From Myxococcales bacterium (GTDB taxonomy: Bacteria; Myxococcota_A; Polyangia; Polyangiales; Ga0077539): DNA of 64,000 bases. A program made the translations under genes and the position numbers. The stretch spans positions 138,984 to 202,983 of the forward strand of contig JAEUKH010000018.1 in the NCBI GenBank assembly GCA_016792845.1. The letters run 5' to 3'. This document shows positions 39,851-49,423 of this stretch, one piece after another (the first letter of the stretch is position 1; the number at the start of each line of letters is the position of its first letter). The notes under the pieces are model-generated. The model made no database searches. It was not told where the DNA came from and saw nothing but the letters and a program-made list of their open reading frames with translations.

Positions 39851-40315
39851 ATGATTGTCACCGTTCGACGCGAAGGGCAGACGCCCCGCACCCTCACCAA
39901 CAAGGCCGTCGACGCCGAGGCGCGGTGCATGCTGCGGGCGCTGAAGCTCCCGCGGGCCGAGCTCTCGGTGGTGCTCTGCGACGACCCCACCATTCATCAG
40001 CTGAACAAGCAGTACCGCAAGAAGAACAAGCCCACCGATGTGCTGGCCTTTGCGCTCCGTGAGGGCCCCGCAGGGCACCTCGCGGGCGACGCCCTCGGCG
40101 ACGTGGTGATCTCGCTAGAGACCGCCGCGCGCCAGGCCCGCGAGCGCAAAGTGACGGTCAAAGAAGAGGTTCGGATGCTGCTCGCGCACGGGCTCTTGCA
40201 CCTCCTCGGGTGGGATCACCAGACCGACGACGAAGACGCCGCGATGCGGGCCGAGACCGAGCGGCTCATGGCCGCGGTCGCGCGCTGGGCGCGACGAAAC
40301 GCTGCGGGGGCTTGA
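39851..40315 (+). CDS. ybeY: rRNA maturation RNase YbeY
   Basis: HGLLHLLGWDH zinc-binding motif. 154 aa. Confidence 0.85.
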   Translation: MIVTVRREGQTPRTLTNKAVDAEARCMLRALKLPRAELSVVLCDDPTIHQLNKQYRKKNKPTDVLAFALREGPAGHLAGDALGDVVISLETAARQARERKVTVKEEVRMLLAHGLLHLLGWDHQTDDEDAAMRAETERLMAAVARWARRNAAGA

Positions 40316-40387
40316 CAGCGGGGCGGCGAATCACGACGGTGGCGGGCGTATCTTTCGCCGGTTTTTTCAACGAAGGGGTCGTGGGCG

Positions 40388-40906
40388 ATGTTCGATCAGC
40401 TTCTCAACGTGTTTGGGCAGTCACGGCAGGGGCAACAGGCGTATCAGGCGCTCCAGGCCCAGGGGTATTCACCGCAGCAGTCGGCGGGCATTCTGTCGAC
40501 GGCCTTCCCGGTGGCTGCGCAGGCGGTTCAGCAGGCCATCGCCAACCCGTCGTCGCTGACCCAGTCGGGCCCCGACGGCAAGGGCCTTCTTGCCATCGGC
40601 GATTCAAACTACGCGATGAATTTTCTCGGCGCCGCGGTGACGAGCCTCGTGCGCGGCCACGGCATGAAAGACGCTGCGGTTGATGGGCTCCAGGGCGTCG
40701 TGGGCGGCCACGTCGCGCAGGTGATCGCGTCGCGGTGCGGGCTCCCCGAGCGCGTCGCGGGGGTCGTCGGCGCGGTGATCACCCCGATGATGATCGACTT
40801 CTTGTGGGAGAAGTTTCAGGGCATGGGCGGCGGCGCTCAGGCCGCGGCGCCCGCGGGCGGCCCCCCGGGCTTCGGCTCGAACTTCACGCCCTTCAACAAC
40901 CGCTGA
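40388..40906 (+). CDS. Hypothetical protein (Gln/Ala-rich)
   Basis: 172-aa ORF. No domain recognised. Confidence 0.35.
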   Translation: MFDQLLNVFGQSRQGQQAYQALQAQGYSPQQSAGILSTAFPVAAQAVQQAIANPSSLTQSGPDGKGLLAIGDSNYAMNFLGAAVTSLVRGHGMKDAAVDGLQGVVGGHVAQVIASRCGLPERVAGVVGAVITPMMIDFLWEKFQGMGGGAQAAAPAGGPPGFGSNFTPFNNR

Positions 40907-40971
40907 GCCCTCACCCGTAGGGCGCACCGAGGCTCCGAGACGCAGGTTTCGGGGCCTCGTTCGCGTTTAGG

Positions 40972-41949
40972 TCACCCGAGCGCTTCGACGGCCTCGACGG
41001 TCTCGCGGAGGCTGTGCCGCGGCGCCCAGTTGAGCACCTCGCGGGCGCGGCGGTCGTCGACCATGCAGACGTACCGGATGTGATCGAGCTCGGGCGCGGG
41101 GAAGCTCGACAGGCGGTACCGAAAGAGCGCCGTGAGCATCCGCCGGGCCGCGAGGTGGGGCACCGGCAGGGTCGGCCGCCCGAGGAGCCGGAAGAGTCGC
41201 GAGAGGGGCACCGGCGAGGGCCCGGCGACGTTGAAGATGCCGCGAATGCCGGGCTGCAACGCGCGCTCGATGACCCGCGCGACGTCGTCTTGGTGGATCA
41301 CCTGCACCATCGGGTCGAAGCCGAGGAGCGTCGGCACCACGGGCAAACGGAGGTAGTTGCTCGGCGCGTTGCGCACCGCCCCGAGGATGTGCGTCGGCCG
41401 CAAGATCACCGTCTCGCAGGCCGGGTTTCGCCAGAAGAAGCTCTGGGCCAGCATGTCGACCTCGATCAGGTCGCGGATCTCATGAAAATCCTGGCTCCCG
41501 AGCAGCGGCGACTCTTCGGTCAGAAACTGCGGGTTGTCGGGGCGCGGGCCGTAGACGTTGGCGCTCGACAAGACCACGAGCTTGCGAACCCCGTATTGCT
41601 CCATTGATTCGAGCATTTTCGCGAAGCCGAGCACATTCCACGAGTGGTGCTCGGCGGGCGAGGCGCGGGGGTCGTGCATGACCCCGAGGTGCACGACGGC
41701 TTTGACCCTGCCCGAGCGAAAGACGTCGCGCATTTTCTTGCGCCGCAGGTCAAACTGAAGGTGCTCGACGTCTTCGGGCTTGTCGACGAAGCTCCTGCGG
41801 TCGACCCCGATCAGCGGGTGCTCACGGTGGAGCACCCGGCACACCTGTTTGCCGAGGCGCCCGACGATGCCGGTCACCACGACGGCCCCCGGGTCACCCG
41901 GCCGAGCGGCGCCGTCGTGCGGGGGCGGGGGCTTGAGCGATGCGGTCAC
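40972..41949 (-). CDS. NAD-dependent epimerase/dehydratase (extended SDR)
   Basis: N-terminal VVVTGIVGRLG Rossmann motif. 325 aa. Confidence 0.65.
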   Translation of the reverse strand: MTASLKPPPPHDGAARPGDPGAVVVTGIVGRLGKQVCRVLHREHPLIGVDRRSFVDKPEDVEHLQFDLRRKKMRDVFRSGRVKAVVHLGVMHDPRASPAEHHSWNVLGFAKMLESMEQYGVRKLVVLSSANVYGPRPDNPQFLTEESPLLGSQDFHEIRDLIEVDMLAQSFFWRNPACETVILRPTHILGAVRNAPSNYLRLPVVPTLLGFDPMVQVIHQDDVARVIERALQPGIRGIFNVAGPSPVPLSRLFRLLGRPTLPVPHLAARRMLTALFRYRLSSFPAPELDHIRYVCMVDDRRAREVLNWAPRHSLRETVEAVEALG

Positions 41950-42099
41950 GAAACCTCCAGAGTGGGGCGATTCGGCGCGATTCGGGGGCGGCTGTCAACA
42001 CGCGTTTCCGCGATGATGCAAGGCCGTCGTTGCCCTGCGGCGGGGTTCGGAGGTATGAGCGTCGCGGCCCGATAGGGTGGGCCGACGCTCCGAGGCACT

Positions 42100-44508
42100 G
42101 TGCGCAACCCGCTCTCGACCCGTACCCGCAAGAAGACTGGCCTCCTCGGCGCCGCGATGGCGCTGTGTTTTGGGGCCTTTGGTGTTGGGTGTCAGACCTC
42201 GCCCGGCGAGTCTGTCAACCTGCAAGGCGACGTTCGCTTCACGCTGCTGCACACCGCAGATTGGCACTCGCGGCTCTTGCCCTACAACCAGCAGGTCAAC
42301 CAGACCGACCTGGCGTTGGGTCTCCGCCCCGAGAACGCCCCCTTCGGCGGTGCCGCGCGGATGAACTACCTCATCCAGCGTGAGCGCTCGCGGGCCGACC
42401 GCATCTTGCACCTTGACTCTGGCGACTGCTTTCAGGGCGCGCCGATCTTCAACTTCTTCAACGGCGAGGCCGAGGTCCGCGCGCTGGCCCACACCGGCGT
42501 CGACGCGGTGGTCGTGGGCAACCACGAGTTCGACCGCGGCGCGCTCAATTTTGCGCGGCAATACCAGCGTTGGGGCACCTTCGAGACCCTCGCGGCGAAC
42601 TACCAGTTCGACGACCCGACCACCCCGGGCAGCAGCGAGCTCGGGCGCGTCGTCAAGCCGTACGCGTTCTTCAACCTCCGCGGCCTGAAGGTCGGCGTCA
42701 TCGGCCTCGGCAACCTGTCGAGCATCACGTCGATCTTCGACCAGCCGAACCGGCTCGGCATCATCCCGCTGAACACCATCGAGGTCACGCAGCACTACAT
42801 CGACCTCGTGCGCGAGCAGGGCGCCGACGTGATCGTGCTCGTGTCGCACATCGGCCTCGAAGACGACATTCACACGCTCGAGTTCTCGACCGGGGCCGAC
42901 ATCGTGCTCGGCGGGCACCTTCACATCGTGCTCAACCCGACCCAAGAGGTCGAAGACTGCCGCCCCTTCGATCGGCAGGGCAATCACTTCATCCCCGTGC
43001 TCGAAGAGACCCGCGCGTCGCCGCGGCCGCCTGCCACCTGCGGCGCGACCGAGTGCTGCGCGCCTTCGGGGGCCTGCGCGCCTTCGGGGCAGTTTCCGTA
43101 TTGGCGGCTCGCGAGCGGGTATCGGGCGCGTGCGTGCCGGCCGCGCCGGGTCATCCTTCAGCACTCGGGGGCTTTTATGAAGTACCTCGGCCGCCTCGAC
43201 ACGGTGCTGTCGAACAACCCCGCGCGCATCTACCCCGGGCACGAGGCCGACTACGACCCCCGCAACCGCTGGGAGGTCGTGTCGCATCGCTTCAGCCTCT
43301 TCCCCGTCGACAGCACGGTGCCTGAAGAGCCCACGATGAAGCGCATGCTCGAGCCCTACGCGCGCGCCCTCGACACCGTGGCCAACCTCGACGCGCTGGT
43401 CGGATACGCCCCCGCCGACATCACCCGCACCCCCGCGGGCGGCGGCGACTCGGCGCTCGGCAACCTCGTCTCGACGAGCATGTGGCTGCGCCTCGGCATC
43501 CAGACCGACTTCTCGCTCACCAACACCCTCGGCATCCGCGACAACATCCCCGCGGGCCCGGTGAGCCTCGATCAGATCTTCAACGTCTTCCCCTTCGACA
43601 ACAGCATCACCACGATGATCTTGTCGGGGCGCGAGGTGCAAGAGCTCTTCGACTTCGTGGCGCGCCGCTCGGCCGGCCGCGGCTGCAACTCGCAGGCTCA
43701 GATCGCCGGCGCCCGGGTGGTGATCGTGTGCGGGTCGTGCGACCGCCGCGACGCCCAGGGGCAGCCCCTCACGGCCTGCGCCGAGACCATCAACATCGGC
43801 CTCCGCACCGACCCTGCGGCCACCCAGAGGCCCTGCGAGACGGCCGAAGACTGCAACCCCGGCGGCGTCGCCGCGACGCCCCCCTCGTCGCGCTCGCTCT
43901 GCGACCCGAACGCCCACCGCTGCATGACGCCGCTCTCGCTCAACGCGAGCTACGCCGCCGCGGTGAACAACTACATCGCCGGCGGCGGCTCGGGCTTCTT
44001 CGTGCTCCAGCGCAACACCACGCAGACCGACACCCGGGTCGAGCAGCGCGACGCCGTGATCGATTTCGTGCGCACCGCGCCGCCCTGCGGTTACAGCGTC
44101 GACGTCACCGTCGAGCGCAACCGTCGCCGCGGCATCACCGACGCGGCTGAGCTCAGGGTGCCTCAGCACCCCGACGACGGGCTGAGAGACTGTCGCACCG
44201 ACGACGACTGCGGCGCCGAGTCGTTGTGCGCCTGCGCCGAGCGCATCACCTTCGATGACACCCGTCGCATGTGCGTCACCGCCCCGAGCTGCGCGGCGGG
44301 CGAAGGGCGCTGCGTGCTCAGGCAGTGCCGCGACGACATGCGCGAGCTGGTGGTTCGGTCGTGCCCCGCGCAGCCCAACGACCTCGCCACGGCGCGCTGT
44401 CAGTGCACCGCCGAGATCCGCGCGGCGATGTCGTGCCGCATCCTCTCGTGCATCGACGAGAACACTGGGGCGCGGCAAGACGGCCGCTTGAACATGGTGT
44501 CACGATGA
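42100..44508 (+). CDS. Exported bifunctional metallophosphatase/5'-nucleotidase with a Cys-rich insertion
   Basis: HTADWHS, GDCFQG and GNHEFD metallophosphoesterase motifs. C-terminal 5'-nucleotidase domain interrupted by Cys-rich segments. The lipoprotein signal may start at MALCFGAFGVGC. Confidence 0.65.
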   Translation: MRNPLSTRTRKKTGLLGAAMALCFGAFGVGCQTSPGESVNLQGDVRFTLLHTADWHSRLLPYNQQVNQTDLALGLRPENAPFGGAARMNYLIQRERSRADRILHLDSGDCFQGAPIFNFFNGEAEVRALAHTGVDAVVVGNHEFDRGALNFARQYQRWGTFETLAANYQFDDPTTPGSSELGRVVKPYAFFNLRGLKVGVIGLGNLSSITSIFDQPNRLGIIPLNTIEVTQHYIDLVREQGADVIVLVSHIGLEDDIHTLEFSTGADIVLGGHLHIVLNPTQEVEDCRPFDRQGNHFIPVLEETRASPRPPATCGATECCAPSGACAPSGQFPYWRLASGYRARACRPRRVILQHSGAFMKYLGRLDTVLSNNPARIYPGHEADYDPRNRWEVVSHRFSLFPVDSTVPEEPTMKRMLEPYARALDTVANLDALVGYAPADITRTPAGGGDSALGNLVSTSMWLRLGIQTDFSLTNTLGIRDNIPAGPVSLDQIFNVFPFDNSITTMILSGREVQELFDFVARRSAGRGCNSQAQIAGARVVIVCGSCDRRDAQGQPLTACAETINIGLRTDPAATQRPCETAEDCNPGGVAATPPSSRSLCDPNAHRCMTPLSLNASYAAAVNNYIAGGGSGFFVLQRNTTQTDTRVEQRDAVIDFVRTAPPCGYSVDVTVERNRRRGITDAAELRVPQHPDDGLRDCRTDDDCGAESLCACAERITFDDTRRMCVTAPSCAAGEGRCVLRQCRDDMRELVVRSCPAQPNDLATARCQCTAEIRAAMSCRILSCIDENTGARQDGRLNMVSR

Positions 44509-45992
44509 AGGCTCCTCGCATCGCGCGTGCACTCCTTGGCCTCGTCGCGGCGCAGCTCGTGTCGTGCGTGGGCGAGGCGCTCCCTGAGCTCGGCAGCGGC
44601 GACCGCGAGGGCAACGTGGCCTGGGTGCGCGTCACCACCGCGGGCGACCGCGGCCAGCGCATGGCCCCGCTGCCCTACTCGCTCAACGGCGTACCCCTCT
44701 CGTTGCGGCTCGACGTGTTCGGCCGCGACAACCGCCCCGCCGCGGGGTTCAACGGCTACATCGGTCTCAGCGTGACGCCGGGCATCATCCTCTCGGTGGC
44801 GGGCGCCGGGGTGGTGGGCAACTACGTCCGGGTCACCAACGGCGTGGCCGAGAACATCACCATCCAGATCGCGCGGGGCTACGGCGAGTCGCGCATCTGG
44901 GCCGAAGACTCGGGGTACGTGCCCGTCGAGCCGCTGCGAGAGCCGCGCCCCGCGTGCTCTGACGGCCGCGACAACGACGACGACGGCTTGATCGACTACC
45001 CGGCCGACCTCGGGTGCGCCGCCGCCAACGACGACAACGAGCGGGGCGGCTCCTTCGCCGCCGGGACGAGCGAGCCCATCTACTTCGACACGCCTTTTGT
45101 GAGCGACGTCCAGGGCCGCGCCTCGCAGTCGCCGCTGCTCAACGAGCGGGTGACCATCCGCGGGCACATCACCCCCGACGCGCCCCCGGCCGACGCCCGG
45201 GCCCACCGCCTCGTGGTCACCCAGACCGACAACTCGGGCTTCTTCATCACCGACATCGATGACCGCTCGTGCGGCGGCCAGCCCTGCTATAACAGCTTGT
45301 ATTCGTTCAACTTTCGCTCACCCGACGGCATGCGACCGTGCGACCTCTTGACGGTGCTCACGGGCAGCGTGGCCGAGTTCGTGAGTTCGACGCAGCTCGC
45401 GCAGCCCGGCTACCAGGTGGGCCTCGCGTGGCGACCGAACGACCCGCAAGCGGGGGCGTGCTTGATCCCCGACCCGACCGAGCTGACGGGGGCGATCCTC
45501 ACCGACGAGGTGCAGCTTGAGCGCTACGAGTCGGGCCTGGTGCGGGTGCAGAACGCGACCCTGCCCACGATGGTGGGCCCGCTGCGGGCGCCCAATGGCA
45601 TCCCCGCGATGGGGGCCACCAACTGCGATTTCAACAACGACGGTCGGGTGACCTTTGACGGCGGGGCCGAGCAGCAGTGCAGCGACGCGTGCGCGGCCAA
45701 CCCGGCGTGCAGCGAGTGGAGCGCCTGGGCGCGCTTCGGCCAGGTCGCGGTGACCCTGCCGGGTACCGGTGCGCCGGTGCGTGTGGCGATCAACGCGAAG
45801 GCCGTCGACCCGAACTTCGACCCGCAGCGGCCCGTGGCGGCGCGGGCGACGTTCACCGGCACCCTGCGACAGGTGGGGCCGAACTGGGTGATTCAGCCTC
45901 GGTGCGGGGCTGAGATTGTGTACGAGGGGATGGGCCCGGTTCGGCGCCCGAGCGAGATCTGCCTCTCCGAGAGGCCGTTGAGCGAGGACTGA
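44505..45992 (+). CDS. Exported hypothetical lipoprotein (Asp-rich Ca-binding-like loop, several Cys pairs)
   Basis: Signal peptide with lipobox VSC. CSDGRDNDDDGLIDYPADLGC loop. ATGA overlap with the upstream gene. Confidence 0.45.
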   Translation: MKAPRIARALLGLVAAQLVSCVGEALPELGSGDREGNVAWVRVTTAGDRGQRMAPLPYSLNGVPLSLRLDVFGRDNRPAAGFNGYIGLSVTPGIILSVAGAGVVGNYVRVTNGVAENITIQIARGYGESRIWAEDSGYVPVEPLREPRPACSDGRDNDDDGLIDYPADLGCAAANDDNERGGSFAAGTSEPIYFDTPFVSDVQGRASQSPLLNERVTIRGHITPDAPPADARAHRLVVTQTDNSGFFITDIDDRSCGGQPCYNSLYSFNFRSPDGMRPCDLLTVLTGSVAEFVSSTQLAQPGYQVGLAWRPNDPQAGACLIPDPTELTGAILTDEVQLERYESGLVRVQNATLPTMVGPLRAPNGIPAMGATNCDFNNDGRVTFDGGAEQQCSDACAANPACSEWSAWARFGQVAVTLPGTGAPVRVAINAKAVDPNFDPQRPVAARATFTGTLRQVGPNWVIQPRCGAEIVYEGMGPVRRPSEICLSERPLSED

Positions 45993-45998
45993 AGTCTG

Positions 45999-47831
45999 AT
46001 GAAGCGTCGGTCAATTGCCGCCACCGTGCGGACAGGATCAGTGTACGCTGTTGCGCTCGCGACAGCTCTCGGGGCCCGTTCGGGTCTCGCCCAACCCATC
46101 ACCCCGACGGCGACGCAGACGAGCCCTGCGACCCCCGCGCAGACGGGCACCGACCCGGGCACGACCTCGGGCGCCACGACGCCCGCGGGCGGCTCGAACA
46201 GCGCCCAGGGCTTCGCGCCTCCGAACCTCGGGCAGACGGCCCCGCAAGACCCCGGCCCGCAGCCGCAGGCGGGCGCTCCGGCGGTTCAGCCTGTGCGTAT
46301 GGAGGCCCCGGTGGCCCGCACGGCGCCGGCGACGTCGGCCCGCCCGTCGACGCCCCACGATTTCATCGACACCCGCATCACCTGGACGTTCGGTGACGAC
46401 GACATCTTGACCTCGACGGGTCAGCGGGTGCCCGTCTCGCCGCTCCCGCGGATCGCCGACCGACAGCAGTACCAGCTCTTCTTCGACGCGCTGAACTCGC
46501 GCTTCGCGGGCCGTGAGAACCTCACGCACCTCGCGATGTACGCGCGGGCTCCGGGCTTCATCGACCGGCTGACCACCGAGGCGGGCTTGATCCTCCGTGT
46601 CGACCTCGGCCAGTTGACCACGGGCTCGGGCAACTTGAACCAGGCCTTCTACGACGCGGGCACGTTCTTGCGTGTGGCCTACGGGCTGAACCCTTCGCGG
46701 GCCTCGGACCAGGTGTCGCTGACCTTCTTCCCCTTCGACACTGACCGCTTTCGGCTCGGGTATCTTTGGGATCTCTCATGGGGCGGCAACGACGTCTTCC
46801 CGCGCCGCGTGGGCCCCGCCCCGGGCCTGAAGCTTCAGCTCGACATCGGCGGGCTGCAGCTCTGGACGGGCTTCAAGACCGCCGGCATCGTGGTGCCCCT
46901 TGAGGTGGTCACGCAGTCGCGCGACATCGAGATCGTGCGCGTCGAAGAGACCCAGTATGCGGCCCTCGCGGGCGGCGCGTACCGCTTCAACGAGAACGTC
47001 AGGTTTGACGTCTCGGGCGGGTACTTTCAGCAGGGTCGCTTCGACTTCCCCGGGGTGCGCGGGCAACAGGTCTACCTCGTCGGCGGCAGCGCGCGGCTGG
47101 TGTTCTCGCAGGGCCTCAGCGCGGGCCAGTCGCTCGACATGCGGCTCTACCGCAACGACCCGACGACGCCCTTCCAGGCCTTCACCCCCGAGACCTACAC
47201 CCCCGGCCGCGTCTTGTGGAACGTGTCTCTCGAAGGCACCGCCATCGGTCAGAACCTGGCCGACATCAACTTCCCCGGGCGTACGGCGATCCAGACGGGC
47301 TTCGCGGGGGCGCTCCAAGCCCGCCTCAAGGCTGGCTACTTCGGCGCGGGCTTCACGGCCCTCTACCGCGACGTGCCCTTCCTCCTCCGCAACGTGCCGA
47401 GCTTCATCCCCTTCCAGACCTTGCCCACCGACGCGACGGTCGACCCTGAGTTCTTCCTCGCCGCGCAGGTCGACTACGCCTTCGTGCGTCAGCATCTCAT
47501 CCCGAGCTTGATCGTGGGCATGCAGCTCCCGGCCTCGTTCTCGAGCTCGGTGCGCGAGGGCTCCCTCGAATCCGAGCGCACGCTCGTGATTCGCCGCGCG
47601 GGCAACTTCTCGATCCTCCCGCCGGGCGAGGGCCGCGTACCGATCATCTCGGCCCGCGCCTCGATGCGCTGGGATCTCTCGACCGTCCTCGCGGGCATCT
47701 TCTGGGTGCAGTACGTGCTCGACCAGAACGCCACGCTCCTCCAGGTCGACTCGTCGGGTACGCGCCAGGTGCGTATCTTCCAAGCGGCCAATCAGCTCGG
47801 CTTCGGCATCACCGCGCAAGCCCGCTTCTGA
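45999..47831 (+). CDS. Outer-membrane beta-barrel protein
   Basis: Signal peptide, alternating amphipathic strands, and a C-terminal ...GFGITAQARF with terminal Phe. Confidence 0.5.
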   Translation: MKRRSIAATVRTGSVYAVALATALGARSGLAQPITPTATQTSPATPAQTGTDPGTTSGATTPAGGSNSAQGFAPPNLGQTAPQDPGPQPQAGAPAVQPVRMEAPVARTAPATSARPSTPHDFIDTRITWTFGDDDILTSTGQRVPVSPLPRIADRQQYQLFFDALNSRFAGRENLTHLAMYARAPGFIDRLTTEAGLILRVDLGQLTTGSGNLNQAFYDAGTFLRVAYGLNPSRASDQVSLTFFPFDTDRFRLGYLWDLSWGGNDVFPRRVGPAPGLKLQLDIGGLQLWTGFKTAGIVVPLEVVTQSRDIEIVRVEETQYAALAGGAYRFNENVRFDVSGGYFQQGRFDFPGVRGQQVYLVGGSARLVFSQGLSAGQSLDMRLYRNDPTTPFQAFTPETYTPGRVLWNVSLEGTAIGQNLADINFPGRTAIQTGFAGALQARLKAGYFGAGFTALYRDVPFLLRNVPSFIPFQTLPTDATVDPEFFLAAQVDYAFVRQHLIPSLIVGMQLPASFSSSVREGSLESERTLVIRRAGNFSILPPGEGRVPIISARASMRWDLSTVLAGIFWVQYVLDQNATLLQVDSSGTRQVRIFQAANQLGFGITAQARF

Positions 47832-48399
47832 GCGGCAGTTCAGCCAAACCCAGCGCCGCGTCTTCGAGCACCTCTGCCGCGTCGCCGACGCCCTCCATCG
47901 AGAGCGCCGCGACGCCGTGGCAGTGCGCCCAGAGCGCCATCGCGCGCCCCCGCACCTGCCCCGTCGAGGCCAGCCCATCAACCGCCGCGAGCGCCACCAC
48001 GAAGCGCTCGAACGCGTCGTGGGCCCGGTTCGGCGCACGCCCCGCGGGCGCGAACATCACCGCGTAGAGACCCCGATGGAGCCGCGCGAAGCCCACGTAC
48101 GCCGCGCACACCGCGACGAGCTGGGCGCGGGCCGCGACGGCCTCGGCGCGGGCGCCATCGAGCCGCTCGACGAGGCGCGCGAAGCCCTCCTCTCGCACCG
48201 CCCCGAGGAGCCCCTCACGGTCAATGAAGTGGTGGTACGCCGCGGCCGGAGCGACCCCCGCCTCGCGGCACACCGCGCGCAGCGACAGCGCCGCCGAGGG
48301 GCCCGATTCGAGCATCGCCAGGGCCGTGCCCATGAGGGTCGCGCGGAGGTCGCCGTGGTGTTGCCCCACCCTCCGCGGGGGGCGCTTTCGCTTCGCCAT
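47809..48399 (-). CDS. TetR/AcrR-family transcriptional regulator
   Basis: N-terminal HTH LRAVCREAGVAPAAAYHHF. 196 aa. Confidence 0.8.
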   Translation of the reverse strand: MAKRKRPPRRVGQHHGDLRATLMGTALAMLESGPSAALSLRAVCREAGVAPAAAYHHFIDREGLLGAVREEGFARLVERLDGARAEAVAARAQLVAVCAAYVGFARLHRGLYAVMFAPAGRAPNRAHDAFERFVVALAAVDGLASTGQVRGRAMALWAHCHGVAALSMEGVGDAAEVLEDAALGLAELPLRSGLAR

Positions 48400-48445
48400 G
48401 TCTGGTGGTCGCAGCCTAGCCCGGCCCGCGCCCGCCGTGAACCGT

Positions 48446-48606
48446 GTTGAACAGCGTTCAACAGCGCCGAGGGCATCGAAGGGGCCGACCCGCGCTCAGC
48501 CCGGCCGAGGGTTGTCTGTCATGTTGAACAGCGTTCAACGGTGAACCCTGCGCGTGTTGAACAGTGTTCAACTTCGCCCCTGTGTGCGTGTTGAGCGGTG
48601 TTCAAC
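48446..48606. repeat. Array of four GTTGAAC-N3-GTTCAAC palindromes directly upstream of the TetR gene
   Basis: Copies at about 48446, 48523, 48556 and 48590 (GTTGAGCGGTGTTCAAC). Flanking GTGAACC motifs at about 48438 and 48541. Confidence 0.85.
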
Positions 48607-48898
48607 TGGGGCCTGGCCCGCGCTCCTGGCCCTGCGGGGGCGGCGGCATCCGGTCGGGCCTGCAGATCATGCGCTGGTCGCGGAAGGCCGCGCAGGTGCC
48701 CGAGATCGTGTGGGGGCCGAAGTTGACCGTGCAGGCGTCGCCGGTGTTGTGCCCCTGGCAGGCCGTAAACGCCTCGGCAGGGGGCTCAGGCGGTCGCCCG
48801 CCGGGGTTGCCCGGTTGGCCCTGCGGTTGGGCCGCGGCGAGGCCCGAGAGCGACAAGACGAGACCCAGTGAGCAGAGCGCGCGGCGCAGCGATTTCAT
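48602..48898 (-). CDS. Small secreted Cys-containing protein
   Basis: Signal peptide. 98 aa with 4 Cys. Pro/Gly-rich. Confidence 0.4.
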   Translation of the reverse strand: MKSLRRALCSLGLVLSLSGLAAAQPQGQPGNPGGRPPEPPAEAFTACQGHNTGDACTVNFGPHTISGTCAAFRDQRMICRPDRMPPPPQGQERGPGPS

Positions 48899-49026
48899 CA
48901 GGAGGCTCCTTGTGTGGACGGTTTCGTAGAGAGAAACGGCGCCCGCGGGGGCGGGCCTTCCCGCGAGGGGGGAGTGTTGGGCGATTTGTTGACCGGCGGG
49001 GCTTCGTTGGGGGCAGATCGCGCCGC

Positions 49027-49389
49027 ATGAGCCAGCCGAAGACCTACGCCGGAAGTTGTCACTGCGCCGCGGTGACGTTTGAGGTCACCGCCGACCTCGA
49101 TCAAGAGCTCGTCACCTGCAACTGCTCGATCTGTTCGCGCACGGGGGCCATCATGGCCTTCACGCCGCGTCAGGCGTTCACGCTGAAATCGGGGCAAGCG
49201 TCGCTGACCGACTATCAATTCGCCACGAAGCGCGTTCACCATGTGTTCTGCTCGGTGTGCGGCGTGCGCGCGTTCAGCTTCGGCGACGGGCCCGACGGGA
49301 GCCTGATGTACGTCGTCAACGTGCGCTGCCTCGACGGCGTGACGCTGAGCGCCCTCAAGACGAAAGAGTTCGACGGGCGGAGCTTGTGA
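49027..49389 (+). CDS. GFA-family protein (CENP-V/GFA zinc-binding domain)
   Basis: CHCAAV...CNCSICS...CSVCG Cys pattern typical of the glutathione-dependent formaldehyde-activating-like fold. Confidence 0.7.
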   Translation: MSQPKTYAGSCHCAAVTFEVTADLDQELVTCNCSICSRTGAIMAFTPRQAFTLKSGQASLTDYQFATKRVHHVFCSVCGVRAFSFGDGPDGSLMYVVNVRCLDGVTLSALKTKEFDGRSL

Positions 49390-49423
49390 GCGGAGCGCGG
49401 CGCGGCGTGGTACGAGCGAGGGC

